Shown: positions 37,672-49,779 of the stretch, one piece after another
Numbering within the stretch: the first letter of the stretch is position 1
How the letters are laid out: each line of letters starts with the position of its first letter
DNA from: Lama guanicoe
Taxonomy: Eukaryota
Direction: 5' to 3'
Length of the DNA stretch: 64,000 nucleotides
Assembly: GCA_013239625.1 (NCBI GenBank)
Contig: MU054001.1
Location: forward strand, 5,319,078 to 5,383,077
Made by a program: the position numbers and the translations under genes
The notes under the pieces: model-generated
Seen by the model: only the letters and a program-made list of their open reading frames with translations
What the model was told of the DNA's origin: nothing
Database searches by the model: none

Positions 37672-37811
37672 GAGGGAAGGGTAATAGCTCGGTGGTAGTG
37701 TGTGCTTAGCATGCACAAGGTCATGAGTCCAATCCCCAGTACCTCCAATAAAAATATTATTTATTTTTTATATAATATAAACCTAAGTACCTCCCCCACT
37801 AAAATTTTTTT
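37672..37811 (+). mobile_element. tRNA-Ala-derived SINE (vic-1-like)
   Basis: 'tagctcggtggtagtgtgtgcttagcatgcacaaggtc...aatccccagtacctcca' plus the same 'aaacctaa..cctcccc' tail as the 36555 copy. Confidence 0.85.
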
Positions 37812-37824
37812 AAAAGGATGTGTA

Positions 37825-38292
37825 ATGGAATACTACTCAGCCATAAAAAAGACAACATAATGCCATTTGCAACAACATGGATGTATCTGGAGAATGTCAT
37901 TCTAAGTGAAGCCAGAAAGAGAAAGAAAAATTCTATATGATATCACTCATATGTGGAATCTAAAAAACAAAAGACAAATGAACTTATATATGAAACAGAA
38001 ACAGACACAGACATAGAATACAGACTTGTAGTTGCCAGTGGGGAGGAGGGTGGGAAGAGATAAACTGGGAATTCGAGATTTGCAGATACTGACTGGTATA
38101 TATAAAATAGATAAACAAGTTTATACTGTATAGCACAGGGAACTATATTGAATATCCTGTAGTAGCTCACAGTAAAAAAGAATATGAAAATGAATATATG
38201 TATATTCATGTTTGACTGAAGAATTGTGCTATACACCAGAAGTTGACTCAATATTGCAAACTGACTATAACCCAATAAAAAAAATTTTTTTA
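37825..38292 (+). mobile_element. 5'-truncated L1 3' end, same subfamily as 26942-28242
   Basis: 'atggaatactactcagccataaaa...tggagaatgtcattctaagtgaag...gtagtagctcacagt'; TSD aaaag(g/c)atgtgta at 37812-37824 and 38293-38305. Confidence 0.9.
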
Positions 38293-39759
38293 AAAAGCAT
38301 GTGTACATATATAGGCTGGTAGAGACCACAAGAAGTGAATTTCCCTGAGAAACAAAATTCTGAAGGTTGTGTGGTAAGGTAAGAGAAGACAGGTGTGTCA
38401 TTTCCATGATTTGCCTTCTTGAGCTGTCTATGTTTTTATCATCTGTCTGTGTTACATTTATATTTAGCATTTTTTCCCAAAAGTTTAAGGAGTGATCATT
38501 ATTTGACCACATAGGAGCAGCAGTTAATGTCTCTGTAGAGTGTAGGTGATATTGCTTGGAGTCTGGGAAATGGAACATCTTCCCAAGCTGGAGAGGAGTT
38601 TATGCCTGGCCCAGGGAGGACCCCCAGCTCTACTGAGGCTGACTCGGCCCTGGCGTGTGAGGGGGAGCCCAGTAGTCAGGGGCAGCCAGAGGCCATACGT
38701 GAATGTGAGGGGGTCTTTATCCAAGCCGCTGAGCCATGGTGATGTGGCAATGCATGAGCTGCTCTGCTCAGGGATTAAAGAGGCACTGGCTGGTGGAACA
38801 CCTGGGCACTGGCGGGGTTGGGCAGCAGCCCCTGGGGTTGGGATGGATTCATCATAGACCTCATGACCATGAGCACCACCAGTGGGGTTACATTTCCTAG
38901 TGCCCACCTTGCCCCAATGTTTTAAGAACTAAATGATGTGATGGGCATGAATGTGGATTAGAAAGGATTTCGAAGGTACATGCTGCTACCAACATCCCAT
39001 TTTCATAGGTAAGGAAAATGAGGCAGGTTGAGGGAGGTGCACCCCAGTTCTCACACCTTGTGAGTGGGAGAGACAAGCTTCAAACCTAGGCTGTCTGGTC
39101 CTCAAGCTTGGACTCTGAAACTGTACAATCACTGCCTCTCTTGGATGCCCTACAAAACTCTAGCGCCTACATGGGCAGGGCCCTCATCATCTGCCACATT
39201 CCCTGCCGTGTCCCCAGTGCTGCATGAAATATTTGCCGATAAATCAAGGATCAAGTTGCTCACTGACCTTCCCTGCTCTGCTTCAGTTTCTTGAGAAGCT
39301 TCTGCAGGGGTGGCAGGCAGCCGGCTGTCAGTGCCCAGGCCTGGGAGGACCAGACCTTGTGTTTCTTGGGTCCTGTGATATAATGAGCTTCATTCCCTGG
39401 TTCCTTCCAGCTGGCCTGCCAGGGGTGGGCAGACACCTCCATCCCCCTTGAAGGAAGCCCTGCTCTTTGCCTCAGACTCCCCTGGAGCACAGCCCAAGAT
39501 CCTCAGGTCTTTCTTAGTCTTACATCCTGATGCTTTGGGGCAGAATTCTCAAGGTTATGCCTCAGGCAGGGTGGGGCAGTGGACAGTCTGGAAGTCAAGA
39601 TACCTGGCTTCTTGTCCTGGCTTTGCAATCATGATTATTAAATAAATGCATTTTCTGGCTTTGTGACCTGGAAAAATCATAAAGGCGCTCTATACCTCAA
39701 TTTCCTCATCTATGAAATGAGTCCCAGTCAATATGCTTTGCTGCCAGGCACGGGTGTGT

Positions 39760-40206
39760 GTTATGATAGGTTTACCCAATGTGGTAATGCACTTGCCAGA
39801 TCCCTCTTTCAGGACCAAGGAATAGCTTCCCTCAGCTTCAGGGCACTTTGGGGCTGAGAGCTGAGTCCCTCCCCAGGAGCTGCCTTGAGCTGAGGGAAGC
39901 TGCCTTTCCCAAGGTTCCATCCTCTCCCTGGGGACAGCCTCCACCCAATCCCTGCCTTTGTGTGGGTGCAGAGGCTGGTCCCCTCATCTCAATTCAGAGA
40001 ATCCTGAGGCCCATCCCAACTGCGGAGATCCCCATGGGATCAGCTGAGAATTTTGCTGCAAGTTCCTTGCAGCCCAACCTCTCCCTCTGCACACATCTCT
40101 GTCCCTCACCCCTTACAGATCTTGGTCCCGAGAGCTCTTCCCACAAAACTTCTACATGCAAATCTCTTTCTCCAAGTCTCTTTTACAGGGAAATGGACCT
40201 AAAACA
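39760..40206 (+). mobile_element. ERVL solo LTR (LTR16A-like)
   Basis: 'ccagatccctctttcaggaccaagg...gagctgagggaagctgcc...catgcaaatctc...cagggaaatggacctaaaaca'. Confidence 0.7.
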
Positions 40207-40647
40207 ATAGGTGAAACTGCTTTTCCAAAATTGAAATATATCGATTAAAAACCAATTACACATTACATTACAAAATATTTTGGGGGAACAGAATCACAAA
40301 AATGAAATACATATCAGGATCACACTATAATAACTTGAAACTGGTTCAATCACTTATTATTAAACATGTAGGGAATCACTGACAAGCCCTTGTGTGGCAA
40401 CATGCTCTGTTTCTTCCAGTCTTTTCCTATGCATGTATATTTTATAAAATTATAATCAAACAACTTTATATAGACCATTTTCATCCTGCCATATTTTCTT
40501 CAGTATGAGTATTAGCCCTGTTATTGAGTCTTTGAAACACTTTTGATGGTGGCATAATAACCATTGGTCATAAGTTGTTAACAGAATTTTGCTAATGGTA
40601 TCCATTTAGCCTGATTCAGGACTTAAAATTATGAGTTAATACTGTGA

Positions 40648-41388
40648 AGGCTGGAAAGGATGTGGAGAAAAGGGAATCCTTCTACACTGCTGGTGGGAAT
40701 GTAATTTGGGGCAGCCATTATGGAAAACAGTATGGAGATTCCTTTAAAAACTAGAAATAGACTTATACCATGATCCAGCAATCCTATGCCTGGGCATTTA
40801 TCTGGGGCAAACTCTAATTCAAAAAGACACCTGCACTCTAGTGTTCATAGCAGTGCCATTTACAATAGCCAAGATATGGAAGCAACCTAAATGTCTATCA
40901 ACAGATGACTGGATAAAGAAGTTATGGTATATTTATACAATGGAATACTACTCAGCCATAAAAAAGAATAAAATAATGCCATTTGCAGCAACACAGATGG
41001 ACCTGGAGATCGTCATTCTAAGTGAAGTAAGCCAGAAAGAGAAAGAAAAATACCATATGATGCCACCTACATGTGGAATCTTTAAAAAAAATAAAGAACC
41101 AAAATGAACTTATTTGCAAAAAAGAGACAGTCTTACAGACATGGAAAACAAACTTCTGGTTACCAGTGGGGAAACAGAAGGTAGAGGAATAAATTGGGGT
41201 TCATAGATACAAACTACTATATATAAAATAGATAAACAGTGAGGTCCTACTGTATAGCACAGGGAGCTATATTCAATACCTTGTAATGGCTTATAATGAA
41301 AAAGAATATGAAAAGGAATATGTATAAATGAATCACTGTGCTGTACACCAGATATTAATACACTGTAAATCAACTCTGATTCAATAAA
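40648..41388 (+). mobile_element. 5'-truncated L1 in an older antisense L1ME host
   Basis: ORF 40841-41107 '[41 protein letters not shown]' is the ORF2p C-terminus; 22-23 bp TSD at 40625-40647 and 41389-41410. Confidence 0.92.
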
Positions 41389-42338
41389 AAAATTATGAAT
41401 TATACTGTGATGAACATACTAAGGATACAGCTTTTTCCATATTTAGAATTACTTCCTTGTACTGGATACCCAGAAGTAGAATGATTGTGTGTAAACTTAT
41501 AAAAGCACATTTATAACTATCTTTACAATGAATGAATCCCTCGGTATAAAATCAGGAGAGCTGAGTTAGTCCAATCTGTTGCTTTTTAGCTTTGTGACCT
41601 TGGCCAACATACACAACCTCTCTGGGCCCCAGTTGCCCCACATGGGGAGTGTGGAAGGAGAGGGAAGGAGTGAGAGCTCCCACACAATCTCCATTCAGTC
41701 AGCTCTGTGCCGGGACTCTGCTCTGAGAATGACCTTCGGGGAGACCCAGGGCCAGCGGCCTCCAAGAGTCTCACCTGCTGGTGTGTGAGAGGAAGGATTT
41801 GACGCTTAGCGATGGGCTGTAATGAATTCTCCTCTCTCTTTTCAAGTCGTCAGAAGGTTTATGGTTGGATTAATAGTGTTATGAATTGAGTTAAACAAGG
41901 CTTTTCTTCCCCTAGGACTTCAAATAGTGAAAATCAGATGAACTGGTAATCCTATTCCACATGCGGCAACTTTATTAAAATCTGTCTTAGTGTAAAGAGA
42001 GGAGCTGGGGGGTGGAAGACTGCAGCAAGGGTGGCAGTGGGCTGGGAAGAACTTCGGGGGTCCCAGGGCAGAACCCTTGGAGAGTGTTGGGGCATCAGGT
42101 GTTCATAATTGCCTAGTTCACATTTTTTAAGTTAGAATATGCTGATACAGTTAAACTCTTCTTTGTCACCCTCCCAAATCCAGCTCCCACCCTCCGTGGA
42201 AGAGATCAAGGATTTGGGATTGGAGAGCAGTTACCAAAGGGATTTTTATCCATGATATTCTGATGCTTTTAAGCTCCTAATTTGATGTGTTGTTCTGGAC
42301 CTGCAGTATCCTTCATCAGAATACAAATATAGATAGAG

Positions 42339-42372
42339 GATTGATTGATTGATTGATTGATTGACTGATTGA
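42339..42372. repeat. (GATT)n microsatellite
   Basis: gattgattgattgattgattgattgactgattga. Confidence 0.95.
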
Positions 42373-42759
42373 GATCCTTCTCCTCAGAAAATGTGTAACA
42401 TTATTTTATATCAATTTCTTGGCATGAATGAGATCCTACTGTATAATGATTTGGCAATTTGCCACTATCCATGTTGACATACAGAGACTTAGGTCAGTCC
42501 TGGTAATTGATTGGTAGGATTCCATCATTTGAATACATCACATTTCATTTAGCTGTTCTCCTGTTCTTGGACACTGAGATTGTTGGCTGCCCTTTGCTAA
42601 TAAATGCCATGGTGGTAGGCACACCCTGGAGCCTGGATCCGTAAGCATACGGACAGTGCATCCCTGCAGTGAGCGTGGAGCAGTGGGTTATCAGGACCGG
42701 TGTTTTCTCCACTTTCTGGTGTGTTAGGAACAAACCAAACATCCAGGGATTCCAAATCC

Positions 42760-42880
42760 ATCCAGCCTCCTGCATGCTAGCAGGGAGAGTAGATGATTCC
42801 ATTTTACAGATGGGGTCCAGAGAGGTGAGATGACTTGCCCAAGGTTGCAGAACCTGTAAGAGGTGAAGGGAAGACAGATC
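42760..42880 (-). mobile_element. MIR
   Basis: 'ccattttacagatggggtccagagaggtgagatgacttgcccaaggttgcag'. Confidence 0.7.
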
Positions 42881-43967
42881 AGAAAGCAGTCCCGTCACAG
42901 AAGATCAGGGAGGAGTTAGGATGGAACGACCTGCTGGCTTGGCAGGGGCAGGGGAAACGGAGAATCTCCCCCAGAGGTATCCTGGCCCAGGCAGCACCTG
43001 TGTTGTCTAAATACACTCAGAACCGCAGCAGAAAGAACTCCAACAAGCCCTCGCTAATTGCTATCATCTAAATGAAGTGATTCATACTCCTTTGCCCGTG
43101 CATAATTAGCTAATAAATTACGAATGAGTAATCATCTCTCAGGAGGCAGCAGGAAGGAGAGAAGCCGTCACACACAGACCCTAATTTTCCTTCGGGACTA
43201 TCGCTAAATCATGACTCCCTTTGGAATCGCAAGCATTTTTTTCCCTTTATTATTGCAAGGCTATTCTTGGCTTTGACAAATCAGGACTTCTAAAATCACC
43301 AAGCCAAGCACTTGTTCCCCAACTACCTCTTTTATCAGGGAAGAACTCTCTGTTATGACACACATCCGGTTTGTGGTGTGACCTTCAACAGCCCTTGTAG
43401 AAGGAAAAGACAAGAAAATGCAATGGTAATAGTATGGTAGGTGATTTCAAAAGCAGCCCTCAACGAGGGGTGCCGGCAGTTCCTGTCCCAAAAGCAAACA
43501 GTTGCTTCAACCTCTGAATTTGGAGATTATCTGGACCTGAGGCTTGTCTTCCTGAAGAATCCTCTATCCTGAAGGAAGAGGCAAGGCTCTGGTATTGATG
43601 TTTTGAACAAGTGCCCCAGGGGATGCTAAATTTGGAGCCACTAGACTAAGAGAATGAACATGTGTTTTTGTTAGGCAAAAATAACAGTTCTCCAGGACAG
43701 CAAGGGAGCAGAGGTCTACATGTGTCATCCCACACATCAATTACTCTGGGTTCTCATCCTCCTTCTCCTACCCCTTGGAGCCTTATCAGCCCAACTCAGA
43801 AATCCTAGGGCACCGTTTTCTCCTATAATCCCCAAACCCACCCCCTGGTACAAATTAAGAATGTGCTGACATGATGCACCAGGGAACTGGAGTGCATTTT
43901 ACTGGGGGTGTATAAATTAGGGCTTTTTCATTGCAAATCACAGAAGCCAATCCAAATGACTTAAGCT

Positions 43968-44835
43968 GTTTGCAAGGTGAAAAGTTTCTAAAGATGGGGT
44001 GCACAACAACGTGAATATACTTAACTTTACTGAAACAGATGCTTAAAAATGGTTAAGATGGGGCCAGGATGTGGAGAAACTGAAACAATTCACTATTGGT
44101 GGGAATGGAAAATGGTATAGACACTGTGGAAAACCATACGGAGGCTCCACGAAAAAATGAAAAACACAACTACCGTATGATCATGCAATCCCACTTTGGG
44201 GTATATACCCAGAAGAACTGAAAACAAGATTTCAAAGAGATACTTGCATCCTCATGTTCACTGAAGCATTATTTACAAAAGCCAAGAAGTGACAACAATT
44301 TAACTGCTCTTCGGTGGGTGAACAAATAAAGAAAATGTGGTATATCTACAATGGAGTATCATTCAGCCTTAAAAAAAAGAATAAAATTCTGTCATATGCC
44401 ACAAGGTGGATGAAACTTCAGGATATTATTCTAAGTGAAATAAGTCAGTCATAAAAAGACGAATACTACATGATTCCGTTTAGGTGAGGTGTCTAAAGCA
44501 GTCAAATTCATAGCACAGAAGGCAGGTTGGTGGTTGCCTGGAGCTGATGGAGAGGAAGATAGAGGTATTCTTCAGTGGGTGTAGAGTCTCAGTCATGCAG
44601 AAGGGGAGGGTGTTCTGGGGCTGGCTCACACAACAATGCCCATGGTTGACATTATACTGTATACTTAGAAATTGTTGAGTAGATAAATTTTGCATTATCT
44701 GTTTTATTGCCAGAATTTTTAAAAAAGGAATACACTGTGCAAATATTTCCTTGTCAATAAATATTACATCATCTTCCAAAATGGTGAAGATAGTGAATTT
44801 TACGTTAAGCTTACTTTACCACAATGAAACATTTT
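43968..44835 (+). mobile_element. L1MB-type 3' end (host) containing a second L1MB-type insertion (44060-44777); both sit inside an antisense MLT1 remnant starting ~43909
   Basis: Host 'gcacaacaacgtgaatatactt...cttaaaaatggttaagat | agtgaattttacgtt...ttaccacaat'; TSD aaaatggt(t/g)aagat at 44046-44059 and 44778-44791. Confidence 0.85.
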
Positions 44836-46144
44836 TTCGTTAAACCAAAAGGGGAATTTAAAGGCTTATATAATTTAAAAGAATCATCTTGGGTGACAGG
44901 TTTGGAGAACTGATTATGTAAAACACCAATGGCCAGGAAATTATTGGATTGTTAGAGGAATCCAGAAATGCGAAACTACAGATAGCCATGCTGTCCTGTT
45001 AGGAAATCCCAAGAGGGACCAGTGGAAGCCTCAGGAGCTGAAGATCATGCTTCTCCAGGGGACTGTGCTGCATACCTGGCATCTCCTTCCACCTTTGGAC
45101 TTGGATACGCCCCCTCGACGCTTCATCAGTTTCTCCATCTGGGCCATGTCAGGGCTGGAGCAGTTCGCTGATCTTTATGACTCTTTTAATCATTAATCTT
45201 GTACCATCCTATCTCTAAGCTTTCTTTTCCTTCCTCCTTTTTTCCTTTTTTACTTCTTTTGTTTTGGTCGTCTTGGAAGAAAAAAAAAAACCCACACACA
45301 TTCCATATGGTGCCCTTCCTGGAGACCAGCCAACTCCCCAGCTCCCCAGGGCTGGCCCATGCATATGCATGGCCGAGAAGGCTGTCCAGCCTCCCGCAGT
45401 GTGATCACAGTCACCAAATGTGCCCATACCAGCCGGTCCCAGCACCACCCTCCCTTTCTGTCAGTCCCCAAACCTCCACTGCACTGTCAGGTCTCTGAAT
45501 CAGTGACAGTAAAGGCCCAGTGAGTGCCCTGCTCATCACGGCGGGTGTGGACAGGAAAAAAGGAGGGTGGCTGCAGATTCACAGAAGACCTCAAAGGTAG
45601 ACTCCATGTTTTCACCAGAGGACATTATACATAACGTACAGTGATGCATAAGAGGACTGAAATAAGACCCCCATCCTCCAACTTTAAACCTGGGTCCCCT
45701 CGCCCAACCCCACCACCTGGCATGCACTATGAATTAAGTTCTTAAAAATAAATCCTGTAATTATCTTGTGAATAGCAAATTACATTGTAGGACATTGCCA
45801 CCTGTGGTAGAACACTGAAAACAGAATTAAGTCGGGGGATTATGAGTGACGGATACCTATCATTCAGACGGTAATTGATATAACACTGCCTGTTGTTTCA
45901 GAAGTTCTGAGGTGTCATTATTTTGCCATAAATGTTCTGATGTTTTGCAGTAGTCAGAATTATTCAGATATGTATTTTATGGGAGCAGAGTAGTAAGTTA
46001 TGCTTGCTTCAGTGTGAAAGCATTTATTTGTTCAAGGAAAACATTCAAACTAAACAATTTTTGTTGGCCCATTTTGCCATTTTTTTATTTTTTAGTATAG
46101 AAGAGGGATCAAAATATAGAAGTTACCCAGGTCCCTCTAACTCT

Positions 46145-46360
46145 GAGAGTCTTATGAGTACCTGCTGTGTGTGAGGTGCTATCAGGGAAGAATCCAGGAT
46201 GAATCACACATGATTCTACCCTGGAGGAGCTCATGGGATAAGAGGGAGGCAAAATGTGCACATAATAGCCAAGATTCAAGTCAAAATCAGAGCTGTGCAG
46301 ATGGATGACATACTGGAGGCCTGCTTGGAGGAGGTGGCACTTCAGCTGAGCCTTGAAAAG
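46145..46360 (-). mobile_element. L2 3' fragment
   Basis: 'tgagtacctgctgtgtgtgaggtgct...ctaccctggaggagctca...ggaggaggtggcacttcagctgagccttgaa'. Confidence 0.65.
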
Positions 46361-46599
46361 CTTAGTATTTAGGAGCTTGAAGAAGTCATGGAGTCTATTC
46401 TAACCCTCTCTTTTTGCATAAACTGAGACATAGAAAAAGGAAAGATCTCTCCACGTGGACATCAAATTAACAACTAACTCGACATGAGCCGGTGAAGGTG
46501 AAAAGCAGGGAGGGAGGGTAACAGCACCAGGTAGAAGAAATGGCTTAAGCAAAGGTAGGACTGCTGGAAAATTCAAATGTCCTCAGTGGCCCTTTAATA

Positions 46600-47045
46600 G
46601 GCATTAGCTTTGCTCCCCTGCCTGCACCCCACTCTGAATCTATGTGGTTTATGTGGCATTGATCCGAATCCAGGGTTAGGCACATGACCCAGTTTGGGCC
46701 AATCAACCTCCTCCGGGCTTTCGTGGTTGGCTCAGAGATGGGCACGTAGCCTGGATGGGTCCAGTGAGACTCAGTCTCCAGAAGTCCGCCACAGCATCCA
46801 AGAAAGGAGTGTAAATCAGGGGCTGCTGGTGGTACCACTTGGAACCAGCTTGTGTGAGATGAGTGACCCAGAGGAAAATAACATGGAGAGATGGAGAGAG
46901 ACCAGGTTCCAAAATAAACGTTTGAGCCTTGAATTCTGCTGTCTGAATCCACAGTTGCTTTTTAGTTGTTGGGGCCTGTCCATTCTCCTTTGGATCAAAT
47001 CAACCTGGCTTGGATTTCTGTCGTTTGCTTCAAAAGAATCCTAAC
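46600..47045 (+). mobile_element. MaLR LTR (MLT1K/L-like)
   Basis: 'ggcacatgacccagtttgggccaatca...ggcttggatttctgtcgtttgcttcaaaagaatcctaact'. Confidence 0.65.
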
Positions 47046-49779
47046 TGCCTCCCTCCAATTAAAGGGCAGCCCGATTCTTGAAGGAGAAGACCTCCTCAGG
47101 CTCCCCCTATCCGCATGGGCTAGTTCATCAGGTAACATGATTGAGCCTTGGAAAATCCCATGGGAAAGACGCACAGGTCAGCGAAACCTCTGTGAGGCAT
47201 GCTGATTTGCCCTTTGGGAGCGCTTTGTACTTTCCTCCCAGCACCGGCCTGGAGTTCACCTGGGCAAAGAAAGCCAGGTGATCTGAGTCTGCAGCTGGCA
47301 TGGGAGCCGCTGCAGGGCGTAAGAACCCCTTCAAGGGAACTGTTTACAGTTCCCTCTCTGTCTGTCCTTTCCAAGTTCCTCTCTGCTTCTCCCAATCCTT
47401 GGTGTCTCGAGTGGCTAAAACCCCACAGCACTGAAATTTGCTCAAGTTTAATCAGAAGCAGGTGGAAAATACAAAGCATCACAGACTGTTAAAGGCTCAC
47501 CTTCAAGACAAAATTCCAAACAGCCCACGATCCCTCAGATTCAGTATCACAGGAGCTCAACTCATCAAAAGACTGAGTCAGCCTAAACTACCAGCAGGCA
47601 GGGAAGAACAAAGCGTTTTACAAGTTCTAGGGCCCAAAGCTGCCAGCCAGGAGGCAAGGCCAGAAGTTTGTGTGGTACGAGGCTGGCTGAACAAAGGGTG
47701 ACAGGGTCCAGTGTCCTGAGAGGGGACACCGTCTCCAATGACACCTCCCAGGACTATGTCCCCTCAAGGTGCGCGGGCCCCAGGGCTTAGCTGGTGCAGG
47801 AAGAGATGAGGTGAGCCTGAGCATGTGGGAGAACTCACGGGGTCTCCAGGACCCAGGAGCTGTGCAGGGCAATGGAGGACATCAGAGAGCACCCGGGCCA
47901 CCCAGAGCAAGTGAGGGGAGTAGGGAACAGGAAGAAGGAGAGACGGAGGAGGCCTAGGGCCACCTGATCTGGGAACGGAGCAGCCATGGCAGAGGGGCAG
48001 GGAGTTCTGAAAGGCCCCCCCAACCTCAGCAGGTGGGGAGTAAACCCCTCTGCCATCTTCCCTGCTGACCAGCATTTGCTGACTGACATAGAGCCCCCTT
48101 GGGTGGGAGGCCCGTGCCGAGTGTGGCGAGGGGCCAGACCTGCTCTCCCTCACTCCTCCTGCCCACCTCCTGGAGGACTGTCAGCTCAAGAATACTAGCC
48201 GTGCCTTAAACCCAAGTGTTGCCTGTGACCTTCAGCCCGGACCCAGCACCTGGCCCGTGTAGGCCCCAGCTCAGGTGCAACGTGGTACCAAGGCATTAGA
48301 AGGCCTGCAGTAATGAATTGTAACACCTGCAGATGGAGTTGAGGAAGATGGAGAAACGTCACACTGTGATCTGGAGGGCAGGGTCTGCAATGCCCACAGC
48401 TCCCTGGCAGAGTCAGTGTGCTGGCCGGCCTCACTGGGGTGGCATTAATGGGGTGGGGTGGGGTGAGGTTGAAATTGATGGATGGCTTCATTTATTCATT
48501 GATCCATTCAACACATATTTATCTCCAGTATGCCTGGCATAGGGCGGCGGTGTGAGGGCAATACAGTAGTAATATAAAAGTGGATGTGAGCCCCTCAAGG
48601 ATGCTCAGACCTCCTCTTCACTGCGGGAGGGAGGTAGAGAGAGAGAGGGAGAGACCACCCCCACAAACGGGCTCCCAGGGCCTGTCCCTGAAGCCTGCTA
48701 CAGCTCTCACTCGCCCAGCTTCCTCACCGGGGTACAGCCTTAGCGTACAGAGAGTACTTCAGGACCTTTAAAACCACCCACCTGTTGGAGGTTCCCAGGT
48801 CAAGCCTGAAATGAGCTCCCTCCACCCCCCGCTGTGGCCTGCTGGCTGGCCGCCCTCACCAGCACTGGTGGTGTGGGAGGGAGAATGGGAGCTGATCGGA
48901 GGCCTTTATCCACTCCCTGAACCAATATGTATTAAGCTCCTACTCTGTGCCTGACATGGGGGCCGCAGAGGGATAGTTGAGGCAGGGCCCTGGGAGCCTG
49001 GGGGATGCCAGCTTCCTCCTCCCTGCAGGAGGGACAGGGAGAACAGAGTGATGTCCCCAGGGGCCTCCGTGCTGCTCACTCCCTGGGCTCCTCGCTGAAA
49101 GCCTGGGCGGGTACAGCCGAGTGTACATCACACCTTGAGAAGCATCCTCACATAAGGACATTCCCGGGTGAAATGTGAAGTAGGGGCCCTTCAAAGTGTC
49201 TACAAAAGCCCTGACCCCCAACCATGGTCTGTGTGCTGGCTGCCACCTAGGCTGGCCCTGGAGACGGAAGCCCCTTTGACCAACAAGCATCAACATCCCA
49301 CACACCTCATTTCTGGATGCCAGCAGCCTGCCTCACCCACTGGCATTCAGCCCCTGCCCTTCCCACTAGCACTCCGCTCTCTGGGGTGTTCCTCTGGCCC
49401 TGAAACGATCAGGAGCTTGGGCTTGAAGGTCTTGTCTTGTTGGGTGGGCTCCTCTTACTGCTCTGAGGAGGACTTTTGGGTGGGAAGCAGTGAATGGGAG
49501 GGAGGGGATCTGTCACTTGAAAGATGGGTAAAGTGAGGCCCAAAGTCCTAACCTGCTCCACGGTCCCCCGTCTCTACATCCAGGACCCCAGACAGGTCTC
49601 CTACAAACCCACCTTCACCCTGCCTCATTCTCCGGTGCTGCAGCCTACCTGAAAGGAAGCCAGAACACCTCTTCCAGAGTTGACATTGTTGTTATTAACA
49701 AGTAGATGCAGCCCAGCTGAGAGATGTCCTGGGCCACCTAACAGATGGCAGATCAGACTCACGCTGCACCCGCCCACTC

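Noticed and set aside
37943..38578. 211-aa minus-strand ORF
   Set aside because: Mostly antisense to an L1 3' UTR and its L1ME host; no recognisable domain.
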